Assembly: GCA_045568075.1 (NCBI GenBank)
Contig: JBJLBP010000001.1
Coordinates: 630,001-662,000, forward strand
Length of the DNA stretch: 32,000 bases
Direction of reading: 5' to 3'
From: Candidatus Thalassarchaeaceae archaeon
GTDB lineage: Archaea > Thermoplasmatota > Poseidoniia > Poseidoniales > Thalassarchaeaceae
Shown: in pieces, positions 1 through 11,283 of the stretch
Numbering within the stretch: the stretch's first letter is position 1
Layout: each line of letters starts with the position of its first letter
Made by a program: the position numbers and the translations under genes
Notes under the pieces: generated by a model
What the model saw: only the letters and a program-made list of their open reading frames with translations
The model's database searches: none
Told to the model about the DNA's origin: nothing

Positions 1-411
1 GCAGACGGACCCTGTGATGACTCCTATGGAGTTCAGGTAGCGGCACTAGCAGGACTTCCGAGCGGAGTTGTCGAGCGGGCGCGTGACTTGCTGATTTTCC
101 TTGAAGGTCAAGCAGAGGGTGCGCGTGCTGGAGTCGATGGAACACCCGAATCACGTCAAGCGGGGCAGTCGAGCCTCTACGGTTGGATGCTCCCTACAGG
201 AGATGCACCACCGGCTCGCAGCGACACGGTTCCAAGCGTTGAACCAGCAAAGGAAATCATAGTCCAAGAGGACCCTATGCTACGTGAAATAGCCGAGCGA
301 CTCGAATCACTAGACCCAGACTCACTGACTCCAAGAGAAGCCCTCGAAGCCCTATATGCTATCCAAAACGCCCTCGAGAATTCTGCGGCATCGAAGAAGT
401 TGGAGGAGTGA
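1..411 (+). CDS. mutS: DNA mismatch repair protein MutS, C-terminal fragment (5' end outside window)
   Basis: Frame 1 is open from base 1 and reads ADGPCDDSYGVQVAALAGLPSGVVERARDLL. This matches the conserved MutS C-terminal block (SYG..VA.LAG.P..V..RA). The tail ...LTPREALEALYAIQ resembles the usual MutS C-terminal helix. TGA stop at 409-411. Confidence 0.8.
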   Translation, partial: ADGPCDDSYGVQVAALAGLPSGVVERARDLLIFLEGQAEGARAGVDGTPESRQAGQSSLYGWMLPTGDAPPARSDTVPSVEPAKEIIVQEDPMLREIAERLESLDPDSLTPREALEALYAIQNALENSAASKKLEE

Positions 412-413
412 GT

Positions 414-2384
414 ATGGCCGAACTCGAGAAGTCAACACGAGTCGAAATCAAGCAACTCGACGAGCTTACAATCGGCAAGATAGCAGCCGGTGAAGTCGTC
501 GAACGTCCAGCCCAAGTGGTCAAGGAACTCGTCGAGAATGCATTTGATGCTGGAGCCAGCAGAGTCCGAATTGAAATCGAGCGTGGCGGATTCGACCGAA
601 TCACAGTGATAGACGACGGACACGGAATTCCATCCGAAGAACTCGGACTTGCAATCACTCGCCACGCAACCAGCAAACTAGCGGGACCGGATGATCTGAA
701 CCAAATCGAGACCAAGGGGTTCCGTGGCGAAGCACTCGCATCCATCGGTGCGGTTAGCGAATTGACCGTCTCAAGCCGAATTGGAGAGGGTGAGGGAGCA
801 CAGATTAGAGTCGACAATGGAATCGTCTCCGAGGTCGAAGCAGCAGGAATCGCACCAGGGACAAGAATCGACGTACTGAACCTCTTTGCAAAGGTTCCAG
901 CCCGCCTCTCTTTCCAACGCCGACCATCGACAGAAACTGCTGCAATAGTAGATGTCGGCGTTCAATCAGCACTCTCAGAACCCAGTGCAGGGGTCATCGT
1001 CGAAATAGATGGAAGAAAAGTCCTCGACTGCCCTCCTTCTGAGTCGGCTGAGGACCGCCTCTACGATCTATTCGGCGCAACCTCAGCCGAACTAATCCCA
1101 CTTGCTGCATCGGCTGCCGACGCCGACGCTCCCGGAGAAGAACGCTGGACAGGGTGGATCTCGCCACCCGGTCTAACTCGAAGCCGATCTGACGATATTC
1201 ACATTCTTGTCAACGGGCGGCCTGTAGCACCCGGTCCATTTCTGCAAGCGGTCAGAAGAGGCTACCACACTCGCTTGATGGTCGGCCGGCACCCGATGGG
1301 AGTCCTTACTCTGACTCTCCCTCCAAACGAGGTAGACGTCAATGTCCATCCAACCAAGCGTGAAGTTCGACTGAAGAATTCATGGCGTGTTCTCGAACGC
1401 CTCGAGAGATCGATCAAACACACTCTCTCGCACATCGCCACGATTCCAGAAGCCAGTGAAGCGACGGTTCTCGAGGGCATCTCCGAACGGGCGGAGTCAA
1501 CTAAACCAGCTTCTCGACCACCGGCAAAACTCCCGGAGTGGGCAAGCGCTGCCAGCGAGAGCCCGACAGTACAGACTCGATTTTCGAGTGTCCGAACAGC
1601 AGCAGAAGTCCAGCCAAGAGAGGCTAAACGACCCGAATCTGAACTGATTACAGAACAAAACACGCTCCCCGGAATGGACGCCGAACCGATTGCTCCATCA
1701 CTTTCCTCCGAGGAGCGAGAACTCCACCGCCATGCGGTGGGTGAATCGACATCTCCACTAGACGAACCGGTGCCGGAGGCGGCCGCATTACCTGACCTTC
1801 CAGAGATGGTTCCATTGGCGCAGTTAGCCGATTCTTACATCCTTGCAGAGGGAGGTGACGAACTTTTCATCATCGATCAACACGCACTCCATGAACGCAT
1901 TCGATACCAACGACTACGTCAACAAATGGTCAGTTGGGATAGTCAAAACCTCGTCTCTCCGGTGACAATTTCCCTCGGTGCGAGGCAGAAGGCTGCAGCG
2001 GTAGCGGGCCAGACGAAACTCTCAGAATTGGGAATTGAGTTCGAGGTTATCGACGAGGGACTTGAGGTCACGAGTGTTCCTGAGGTCCTCGTCGGTAAAG
2101 ATGGATTAGAGGCCTTTTTGCAGGATATTTTGATCGAATTCGCGAGCGCTCCAGATGGAACGAGCGAATTCGATGCCGTCACCACCCTGCGCGACCATGT
2201 CGCTTTCATGCGCTCCTGTCGCGGGGCGGTGAAAGCCAATGAGAGATTGAATTTGGCTCAGATGCGTAGGCTGCTTGAGGATATGCGAACAGTTCCGAAT
2301 CCGTGGGCTTGTGTCCACGGACGGCCGACAGTGTTGCGCTTGACGATTGACCATCTCGATCGACACTTCGGTCGGCACGGTTGA
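414..2384 (+). CDS. mutL: DNA mismatch repair endonuclease MutL
   Basis: The N-terminal GHKL ATPase region reads IAAGEVVERPAQVVKELVENAFDAGA...ITVIDDGHGI...GFRGEAL. The C-terminal endonuclease motifs are DQHALHERIRYQ, SCRGAVKAN and CVHGRPT. ATG 414 is preceded by GGAGG (402-406). An in-frame GTG at 408 overlaps the mutS stop (GTGA). Confidence 0.95.
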   Translation: MAELEKSTRVEIKQLDELTIGKIAAGEVVERPAQVVKELVENAFDAGASRVRIEIERGGFDRITVIDDGHGIPSEELGLAITRHATSKLAGPDDLNQIETKGFRGEALASIGAVSELTVSSRIGEGEGAQIRVDNGIVSEVEAAGIAPGTRIDVLNLFAKVPARLSFQRRPSTETAAIVDVGVQSALSEPSAGVIVEIDGRKVLDCPPSESAEDRLYDLFGATSAELIPLAASAADADAPGEERWTGWISPPGLTRSRSDDIHILVNGRPVAPGPFLQAVRRGYHTRLMVGRHPMGVLTLTLPPNEVDVNVHPTKREVRLKNSWRVLERLERSIKHTLSHIATIPEASEATVLEGISERAESTKPASRPPAKLPEWASAASESPTVQTRFSSVRTAAEVQPREAKRPESELITEQNTLPGMDAEPIAPSLSSEERELHRHAVGESTSPLDEPVPEAAALPDLPEMVPLAQLADSYILAEGGDELFIIDQHALHERIRYQRLRQQMVSWDSQNLVSPVTISLGARQKAAAVAGQTKLSELGIEFEVIDEGLEVTSVPEVLVGKDGLEAFLQDILIEFASAPDGTSEFDAVTTLRDHVAFMRSCRGAVKANERLNLAQMRRLLEDMRTVPNPWACVHGRPTVLRLTIDHLDRHFGRHG

Positions 2385-2446
2385 GTCACCTCACGGTTGA
2401 ATTTCCTCAAAAAGGCTGGAAAGAGCCAACAGAACGACGACGCTGA

Positions 2447-3217
2447 TCAGATGCTCGGTTGAATGATCAATCGCTCGATTTCCTTTTGTTCGATTGGAGC
2501 GAATTCCCCAGGTTTGAGATCATAAGCATCCAACTGCATTTCTTCGGTTGACGTTCGGTGGAGTTGAGTGACTGGGTTTCCTAAGGCTCCGAACATCCGG
2601 CGTATTTGTCGCTTCTTTCCCTCACCGATGGTCAACAGAACCACGCTAGGTGACTCTTGCTCGATCACTGCAGGCTTTGTCCAATACGCATCGCTGGCTT
2701 CACCGTCTTCGACGACGATGCGCACACCCGTTCGGATGGCGTCCATATGATCTTCAGAAATTGGTGTTGTTGTGTGGACCCGGTAGGTCTTCCTGACCGT
2801 GTGATCTGGTGATGTGATTCTGTGAACTATTTTTCCGTCAGTGGTCACCAAGAGAAATCCAGTGGTGTTTTCATCCAAACGGCCAACGGTGATCAGGCGT
2901 TCATAGGTGGTTGGTTCCATATGCTCGCGAAACACCTCATACACCGAGGCTTTACCAAGCGCAGATTCATGCGAATTAAGTCGAGAGCAGATGCAGCCAA
3001 GCGGCTTGTGGAGGAGGAAGTGGACTTCTTCGTCATGGAGTTCAAGCACCTTGCCTCGGTAGGTGACCTCCTTGGTTTTGTCGTTGAATTGGAAGGTCAT
3101 GTCCTTGACCACCGTTCCATTGACGGTGATCTCACCGTCCCAAATGGCTTGCTTTGCTTCAGCCTTTGAGGAGAAGACCCCCGTCTTCGAAAGGAATTGA
3201 TGCAGACGTAGTTTCAT
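2447..3217 (-). CDS. S4-domain pseudouridine synthase (RsuA/RluB family)
   Basis: The N-terminus MKLRLHQFLSKTG...AKQAIWDGEITVNG is an S4 domain. The catalytic motif is GRLDENTTGFLLVTTDG. KTYRV and EGKKRQIRRMF are also present. ATG 3217 is preceded by GAGGGGAG. The ORF extends to a TTG at 3232. Confidence 0.85.
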   Translation of the reverse strand: MKLRLHQFLSKTGVFSSKAEAKQAIWDGEITVNGTVVKDMTFQFNDKTKEVTYRGKVLELHDEEVHFLLHKPLGCICSRLNSHESALGKASVYEVFREHMEPTTYERLITVGRLDENTTGFLLVTTDGKIVHRITSPDHTVRKTYRVHTTTPISEDHMDAIRTGVRIVVEDGEASDAYWTKPAVIEQESPSVVLLTIGEGKKRQIRRMFGALGNPVTQLHRTSTEEMQLDAYDLKPGEFAPIEQKEIERLIIQPSI

Positions 3218-3268
3218 GACTCCCCTCGTCAAAGGCTGTGGAGGTGCCCTCTTAGCAGTTGAGTTTCT

Positions 3269-4462
3269 TCACTGCTTTGTTCCCAAAGCGAGCAATTGCT
3301 CGATGAATCCTGGATGGGTCACCTCACAGATGTCGGCTCCGATGATGTCCGCGCCGACTTTACTGGCGAGAATCATCGCTGTCATTGCCAATCTGTGGTC
3401 AAGGTGAGTTTCGATTGGAGCGGTGGGTGAAGAGAGAGTCTGTTCACCTGGGATTATGAGTCCGTCTTCAGTCTCATCCGCTTGGATGCCAAAGGCTGCG
3501 AGGAGCTCGATAGTACGCGCAATCCGATTCGATTCCTTCCCACGCGCGTGAGCGATTCCACTGATTGTGCCACCGCCGGTCAGAGCCAGCCAGGCGGCGG
3601 CGGGAGTGACGAGGTCACTAGCATCACGAAGACTGACCTCACCTCCGTTGGCTCGGTCGAGTGAGTCGATGGCCATCAGCATGAGAGGGTCGTAAGCGGG
3701 AAGAGAGGTCCGCAGCTGCAGACCGTCATGGAGTATTTCGAGTAGGATTGCCATCGGAAATAGGCTGAGTTCGGGAGGAATATCAGCCTCCTCTGGAGCT
3801 TGTACAGTCCAAGGTTCGAGAATGAGTGGCGAACCCATCTCGATAGGGCATCCACATCGCCTCGCGACATCGAAGGTCATTCCGGTGTAGCCCCGACTGA
3901 CTCCTTCGCCCTCGAGATGAATTTCAACCGCTTCAGATAGTCCGGGAGTGGACAAAATCAATGCACTGAGGGGCTGACTTGAAACTGATAGGTCGACGCT
4001 CGCACCTCCGTTAATCACTCCTGAAACAGTTGTCGGCAGAGCGTCGCTGCTAACTTCAACTCCCAAATCGCGAAGCACTCGAGCCAGATCACTACTACGC
4101 GAGCGTAAGGATGCATCTCCATCCAATCTGACCGCGACACCCATCGTCGCAGCCATCGCGGTCAACACTCGAGCCGCCGTCCCAGAGTTGCCACAATCAA
4201 GGAAATTCAGTCGGAGCCTGCAGACCGTCATCTGGGTGGCTCAACCAACCATCCATCGGCACCTCGATGCACTTGTACACCCATCGCTTCGAGGCAGACG
4301 AGCCATTGATTCAACATCAGCACCCGCCTTGCCCTCAAAGCGCAAAAGGCATTCACTGCGCCCCTGCGAAGTAAGAGCCAACCAACGTATCATATGGCTC
4401 TTTGAGGGCGGTAGAGCCCAATCGTGAGAGCCGGTCAGGGCCAACTCTGGGATGTTAAGCAC
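3269..4462 (-). pseudogene. aroA: 3-phosphoshikimate 1-carboxyvinyltransferase (EPSP synthase), interrupted by an in-frame TGA caused by three local +1 shifts
   Basis: AroA motifs present: LPPSKSHMIR (N-terminus), LDCGNSGTAARVL, DASLRSR, SSQPLSALIL, GKESNRI, DHRLAMT. The two ORFs (4462..4241 and 4231..3269) are in the same frame and separated by TGA at 4243..4241. Alternative frames across 4296-4201 restore AroA-like sequence (see finding). GTG start at 4462 follows GAGGAG. Confidence 0.85.
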
Positions 4463-4525
4463 GACTCCTCATCGAGGCCAACCAATTCAACCCAACGCCG
4501 CGCAGAGGAGCCGAATCGAACTCAC

Positions 4526-5371
4526 TCAGGCTCGAATAGCATCGCCAAAATCAGACTCGCCATCCCAAGCCTTAGCCTTTGCATCGATGACACTTGCAGC
4601 AAGAGTTTCGTCGAGCGTGCCAGACATTTTGATCAGATTGGCACGCTCAAGCAACTTCGGACTCAATCCTGGCATCAATATCGATATCGCGCGAGGCACC
4701 CGACCAGGGTAGACTTCGTTGACGTGGCGGACGATGTTGGTAGTGCAGGTATTGGTCAAAGTGTTGTACCACTCGGGTGAAGCGACCAAGTCATTGGTAC
4801 GATTCAGGTATGATTCAAGCATTCGCCGCTCGTTCCCCTCGCCCAAAACTACCGCTTTGAAGAGGTGAGTGACTGAGTTTTTTCGGCATCGAGTTCGTAC
4901 TCCGATGACGTCACTTTCCTTTGCCCAGACGTAGATTAGTTCGTACTCGCGAAACAGTCCACGCACTGGATGGTAACGCTCCCCCTTCTCTCTTCGTACT
5001 TCGATAGAACAGGCTAATCGTCGCCCGTCCTTGAACTCGAATGAAAGGATGGTGTGGGCCATCTGCCGAAGTTTTTGGTCGAAATATTCGAGAGTTAGCC
5101 AGATGCTCTCGACCTCTTTGAGGTCGTAATCTTCGTTGATCCATCGCTCATCGAAATCTTTGGATGAGCGCCAGTTAAAGTCCCTTAAATTGGTTATTTT
5201 CGCAATATCTCCATCAAATTCGATAGTTGCGTTACGCTCGTTATCATTCACCCAAGAACGGTCATTAGATGGTCGGAGTTTGTGAACTCTGATCCACACT
5301 GCGGCGAGGAATAGAAATGCCAGAGCAGTGAAGACAGTCAGAACTGCGGTCAGTGTAGCCGTCGCACCCAC
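4526..5371 (-). CDS. DUF4105 (Lnb N-terminal domain-like) membrane protein
   Basis: There is an N-terminal TM helix (LTAVLTVFTALAFLFLAAVW). The sequence then follows the DUF4105 pattern: NLRDFNW...YDL..V..IWL..EYF...AHTILSFEF.DG..L..SIEVRREKGE.Y....GLFR.YELIYV...ESD.I..RT...YN.LTNTCTTNI. Confidence 0.65.
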   Translation of the reverse strand: MGATATLTAVLTVFTALAFLFLAAVWIRVHKLRPSNDRSWVNDNERNATIEFDGDIAKITNLRDFNWRSSKDFDERWINEDYDLKEVESIWLTLEYFDQKLRQMAHTILSFEFKDGRRLACSIEVRREKGERYHPVRGLFREYELIYVWAKESDVIGVRTRCRKNSVTHLFKAVVLGEGNERRMLESYLNRTNDLVASPEWYNTLTNTCTTNIVRHVNEVYPGRVPRAISILMPGLSPKLLERANLIKMSGTLDETLAASVIDAKAKAWDGESDFGDAIRA

Positions 5372-5457
5372 GCTTGCTGGGAGGTCACATCAAGCATGAA
5401 TGCTGCTCTTGGGTAGGGTGCTACTCTCTAGCACGCTCGTCTAGGCTTTGTGTGAGG

Positions 5458-5544
5458 TGGCGCGGCAGGGGAGATTTGAACTCCCGAGGTGAAACACCAC
5501 TGGATTAGCAATCCAGCGCAATGGCCAGGCTATGCGACTGCCGC
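5458..5544 (-). tRNA. tRNA-Ser (anticodon GCU), class II with long variable arm, CCA encoded
   Basis: The minus strand reads GCGGCAG-TC-GCA..TGC-G-CTGGA-TTGCTAA-TCCAG-T-GGTG-TTT-CACC-TC-GGGAG-TTCAAAT-CTCCC-CTGCCGC-G-CCA. This gives a 7-bp acceptor stem, a 5-bp anticodon stem, a TTGCTAA loop (GCT), a 4-bp variable-arm stem and a 5-bp T stem. Confidence 0.9.
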
Positions 5545-5569
5545 AGTGTTCGGGCGACCTGAGTTTTCG

Positions 5570-5575
5570 GCTTAA
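5570..5575 (-). promoter_or_regulatory. TTAAGC box starting 31 nt upstream of the tRNA-Ser 5' end (TATA-like)
   Basis: The minus strand reads cgccTTAAGCcgaaaactcaggtcgcccgaacact|GCGGCAG. The spacing fits an archaeal TATA box centred near -27/-28. Confidence 0.3.
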
Positions 5576-5590
5576 GGCGAGCGGTTGGGC

Positions 5591-8296
5591 TCACTCTTCC
5601 TCACTCGTCGCTTCGACGTCGTCGCCGCTGTCGTCTTCACTGTCGATGAGGTCGGCTGGGAGTCTGGCGACGAAGATGATCTCGTCGACATGGGATTTCT
5701 TTTCTGAGTCACGCAGCTCCATGATGCGAGTTCCTTTGGTGACCTTTCCGAGAGTCTCCTTAGTCTGGGTCGCCGGCATTCGAATCATCATTCCACTTCC
5801 GGTGAGCATGAAGAGTTGGTCGGAGAGGTCGGGGATTTGGCGAACTCCGACGATGACATCCTCATCTGAAAGTGCCATCGTTCGCACGCCCTTCGTGCCG
5901 CGATTGGTCTTTCGATATCCATCGCGAACCATAACTGCCTCTCCTTCATCATCGAGTAACTGCGAGCCATTTTCGTCGAGAAGTGGAATCATTTGACCCG
6001 AGCCGAGACGACTTCGCTTAGCCATTCCATACTTCGAGATGGTTAGGACGCTAGTGTCGGCATCGTCAGTCACAATCATTCCGATGACATTGTCTCCACC
6101 GGCGAGTTTCATTCCAGTGACTCCCTGACTGACTCTTCCTTGCACGCGCACGGTGTGAGTAGTCTGGACCTCACCAGTATTCGGATCAGTTCGCGTTTTA
6201 ACGTCGGCTGGGAGGAAGCGGCAAGCATAACCTCCTGATGATACTAGAACCACGTGGTCGGCATCTGTTGCCGACCTGACTTGCACAAGAGTGTCGGATT
6301 CGGTAGCGAACTTCAGGGCATACTTACCGTTACGATTGATTCTGACGTAATCGGCAAGTTTGCTACGCTTGATTCGCCCTTGGCTGGTGGCGAAGATGAG
6401 GTAGTTACCTTCGGGATTTTCGATGAGTTCGCGAGCCATTGGAAGGATTGAGATGACCTTCTCATCTTCGCGGATTCCCTTTAGCAGGTTACGCATGTGA
6501 GTTCCGCGTCCATATCTGCTCGCCAAAGGAGTCTCCCAAGCTCGTAGCCCGTAGACTCGACCTTGGTCGGTAAAGATCAGCAATCTGTCTTTGGAGAAGC
6601 AGGTGACGATTGCTGCAGGCGCGTCCTCGTCCTTCGTAGCGACTCCCTTGAGCCCCTTTCCGCCACGGTTCTGTAGGCGGAATGCTTCGACTGGAAGGTG
6701 GCGAATGTAACCATCTTGGGTCAATGAGATGACCAGAGCGCGCTCAGCGACGAGGTCTTCACGATCCATTGAGAGTGGTGTAGGGTCAATGTGAGTTCGG
6801 CGTTCATCGCCGTGTTTTTCGACTAGATTCTCAAGCTCTTCGAGGAGAATTTCTAGACGGCGCTTTCGACTATCGAGAATGGCTGTGAACTCTTTGATGG
6901 CTTCCTTGAGTTTATTCAGTTCATCTTCGACTTCCTTAACATTCAACTTTGTGAGTTGGTAAAGTCGGCGTTCAGCGATAGCCTTAGCTTGCCTTTGGGA
7001 GAAGTCGAAGCGCTTGATCTTCGGATACTTCTCATCTCCGCGCAAGTATCCTTCGAATTGGTCTCGAGAGTCTGAATTACGGCCAACTTCGATGATTTCT
7101 GCCATGCGTTTTTGCGCGCGCATCAAGCCTTCGAGAATGTGTGCGCGAGCCTCAGCCTTATCGAGTTCGAATTGGGTTCTACGCTCGATGACCGATTCTC
7201 TGTGGCGCATGTAGGTGTGTAGAATCGTCGACAGGTCAAGCTGAACCGGCTTGCCATTCAGAATCCCCATCATGTTGGCTGAGTATGATTCCTGCAACCT
7301 GCTCGATTGGTATAATTGGTTGAGAATTGCGTGCGGGTCAGCGTTATTCTTCACTTCGATGACGACTCGAATACCTTCCTTGCTGGATTCGTCTCTAATG
7401 TCGCGGATTCCCTTGATTGTCTCCTTAGTGACGAGATCGGCAATCCCTCGGAGCATGCCGGCTTTACGGACTTGATAGGGAATCGAGGTGATGATGATTC
7501 GCTTGCTCGATGAATCGTCGCGAACTTCTGCATCTGAACGAATGTGAAATCGACCTTGACCGGTGCGGTACATGTCGAGTATTCCATCGATGCCGTAAAT
7601 CGTTGCACCAGTGGGGAAATCAGGCCCCTTCAGGTATTCCATGTACTCCAAGGCGTCAATCTTCGGGGCCTTATCGAGAGATCTTTTACGGTCTTCTTCG
7701 ATTACTTTCTCGGTGTGGAATCGAATCGCTGCTGCGACCTCGTTGAGGTTGTGTGGAGGAATCTTGGTGGCCATCCCAACAGCGATGCCGTCGCTACCGT
7801 TCAGTAGCAGATTTGGAAGACGAGATGGCAAGACAGTAGGTTCAGTCTCACTGTCGTCGAAGTTAGCCACCATGTCGATTGTATCCTTGTTGATGTCATC
7901 CAACATGTGAGAGGACATCCGGTCGAGGCGACTCTCGGTGTAACGCATCGCCGCCGGAGGGTCTCCATCTATGGAACCAAAGTTTCCTTGTCCATCGATA
8001 AGTGGGTAACGCAGAGAGAAGTCCTGTGCCATTCTTACCATTGTTTGGTATAGCGCCTGGTCTCCGTGAGGGTGATATTTACCCATGACTTCTCCAACAG
8101 AACGAGCTGATTTACTGTAACTTTTCTCGTGTGTATGTCCTGCTTGATGCATACCCCATAGTATCCTCCTATGGACGGGTTTCAAGCCGTCTCGGACATC
8201 TGGAAGAGCTCTTCCGATGATGACACTCATGGCGTAATTGATGTAACTCTCTTTCATCTCTTCAGAGACGTATCTTCGTTCTAATTCCTCTGCCAC
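5591..8296 (-). CDS. gyrA: DNA gyrase subunit A
   Basis: [38 protein letters not shown] (active-site Tyr) and [18 protein letters not shown] are present, followed by a C-terminal beta-pinwheel and an acidic tail. GTG start at 8296 follows GAGGTGA, which contains the gyrB stop. Confidence 0.97.
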   Translation of the reverse strand: MAEELERRYVSEEMKESYINYAMSVIIGRALPDVRDGLKPVHRRILWGMHQAGHTHEKSYSKSARSVGEVMGKYHPHGDQALYQTMVRMAQDFSLRYPLIDGQGNFGSIDGDPPAAMRYTESRLDRMSSHMLDDINKDTIDMVANFDDSETEPTVLPSRLPNLLLNGSDGIAVGMATKIPPHNLNEVAAAIRFHTEKVIEEDRKRSLDKAPKIDALEYMEYLKGPDFPTGATIYGIDGILDMYRTGQGRFHIRSDAEVRDDSSSKRIIITSIPYQVRKAGMLRGIADLVTKETIKGIRDIRDESSKEGIRVVIEVKNNADPHAILNQLYQSSRLQESYSANMMGILNGKPVQLDLSTILHTYMRHRESVIERRTQFELDKAEARAHILEGLMRAQKRMAEIIEVGRNSDSRDQFEGYLRGDEKYPKIKRFDFSQRQAKAIAERRLYQLTKLNVKEVEDELNKLKEAIKEFTAILDSRKRRLEILLEELENLVEKHGDERRTHIDPTPLSMDREDLVAERALVISLTQDGYIRHLPVEAFRLQNRGGKGLKGVATKDEDAPAAIVTCFSKDRLLIFTDQGRVYGLRAWETPLASRYGRGTHMRNLLKGIREDEKVISILPMARELIENPEGNYLIFATSQGRIKRSKLADYVRINRNGKYALKFATESDTLVQVRSATDADHVVLVSSGGYACRFLPADVKTRTDPNTGEVQTTHTVRVQGRVSQGVTGMKLAGGDNVIGMIVTDDADTSVLTISKYGMAKRSRLGSGQMIPLLDENGSQLLDDEGEAVMVRDGYRKTNRGTKGVRTMALSDEDVIVGVRQIPDLSDQLFMLTGSGMMIRMPATQTKETLGKVTKGTRIMELRDSEKKSHVDEIIFVARLPADLIDSEDDSGDDVEATSEEE

Positions 8297-8305
8297 ATAA
8301 TCACC

Positions 8306-10303
<1,998 letters not shown>

Positions 10304-10311
10304 CGTTCTTC

Positions 10312-10317
10312 GTTAAA
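10312..10317 (-). promoter_or_regulatory. TTTAAC TATA-like box upstream of gyrB
   Basis: The minus strand reads cacacTTTAACgaagaacg followed by the palindrome. It is the same TTAAnC-type box seen upstream of aroD and tRNA-Ser. Confidence 0.25.
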
Positions 10318-10397
10318 GTGTGCCCTTGGGGGGTTAATCAATACTCCTGAGTGGGGGCGTCTGGGGTGCTGAAAGAGAAAGTAAACAGTACCTCTTA

Positions 10398-10418
10398 CCC
10401 CTCCGTAGGAGGGGTTTT
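10398..10418 (+). other. GC-rich hairpin CCCCTCC-GTA-GGAGGGG followed by TTTT
   Basis: A perfect 7-bp stem (10398-10404 / 10408-10414) with a 3-nt loop is followed by T4 (10415-10418). It lies in the gyrB/aroD intergenic region, 15 nt upstream of the aroD TTAAAC box. Confidence 0.3.
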
Positions 10419-10432
10419 GACTCACAATACGG

Positions 10433-10438
10433 TTAAAC
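10433..10438 (+). promoter_or_regulatory. TTAAAC TATA-like box 30 nt upstream of the aroD ATG (leaderless geometry)
   Basis: The sequence reads ggTTAAACagaactcgtcggtggcgcgacccgATG. There is no SD before ATG 10463, and the box is centred near -27. Confidence 0.3.
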
Positions 10439-10462
10439 AGAACTCGTCGGTGGCGCGACCCG

Positions 10463-11272
10463 ATGAGGAGACCCACCATCTGTGTGACGCTCTCTGGGTG
10501 CTCGGTAGAGGAAATGCTCGCCGATGCAGCTCGCGCCACCGCAGTCGGAGCGGATCTTTGCGAGGTTCGCCTCGACAAACTATGGGTTGTCGAGAAGCCT
10601 CCTGAACCAGTTAAGGTTGAAGATCCTCCAAAGGATGGGCGACGTCGAAGGCCAGTCTACAATCCTCCTGAGTTCACCCCTCAATCATTCGATTCAGTCG
10701 ATCTCGCAGCCGCTCTAGATGCTTTCAAGGGTGGAATCGACCTTCCAGTCGTCCTCACTTGTCGCCCGGAGCGCCAAGGAGGCTACTTCTCTGGAACTGA
10801 AGAACAGAGAATCGGAGTACTTCGTACAGCGATTGAGAGTGGAGTAAGTTGGGTTGATCTAGAAATCGACATCAAGGCGGCTACTCGTAAGGAATTGATG
10901 TCGATGGCCGAGGGCAAGACGCAAGTCATCGCTTCGACTCACTCAGCCAATGAACCCCCAAACGCGTCTGAAATTATTTCAGATATCGAGGGAATGGAAG
11001 CCAGTGGTGAAATCATCAAGGTCTGTTACAATACATCTGGCCGTAACTCTGGTTTGAAACTCTTTGAAGCGGCTTGGAATCTGAAGGATTCACAACTCAA
11101 GACCTCAATCATGGGAATGGGTGCTGGTGGAGACTGGACCCGGATACATGGCCCACTTCTGCATCAAGACCTCGTCTATTCTACAATGGAGTCGGGTTCT
11201 CATCTCTCATCGCAGGGCCGAATCAATGCTTCAGATTTGCTAATCGCCTGGGAAATGCTGCAGTACGATTGA
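10463..11272 (+). CDS. aroD: 3-dehydroquinate dehydratase, type I
   Basis: ICVTLSG...GADLCEVRLDKL, VVLTCRPERQGG, SWVDLEID, IASTHS (His) and IIKVCY (Schiff-base Lys context) follow the type I DHQase layout. Confidence 0.85.
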   Translation: MRRPTICVTLSGCSVEEMLADAARATAVGADLCEVRLDKLWVVEKPPEPVKVEDPPKDGRRRRPVYNPPEFTPQSFDSVDLAAALDAFKGGIDLPVVLTCRPERQGGYFSGTEEQRIGVLRTAIESGVSWVDLEIDIKAATRKELMSMAEGKTQVIASTHSANEPPNASEIISDIEGMEASGEIIKVCYNTSGRNSGLKLFEAAWNLKDSQLKTSIMGMGAGGDWTRIHGPLLHQDLVYSTMESGSHLSSQGRINASDLLIAWEMLQYD

Positions 11273-11283
11273 GGCTGAGTGCC

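Noticed and set aside
359-2378. Several ORFs of 60-152 aa antisense to or out of frame with mutL (for example 359..817 -, 1262..1663 -, 1387..1647 +, 1943..2239 -).
   Set aside because: They lie entirely within the strongly supported mutL frame, are Ser/Arg/Pro-rich low-complexity translations with no motifs, and have no SD or promoter context. This is typical of shadow ORFs.
5532-8296. Antisense and alternate-frame ORFs inside gyrA (5532..5996 +, 154 aa; 7251..7910 + series) and gyrB (8310..10255 + series).
   Set aside because: They are shadow frames of highly conserved genes. Their translations are Ser-rich or low-complexity, and there is no independent signal.
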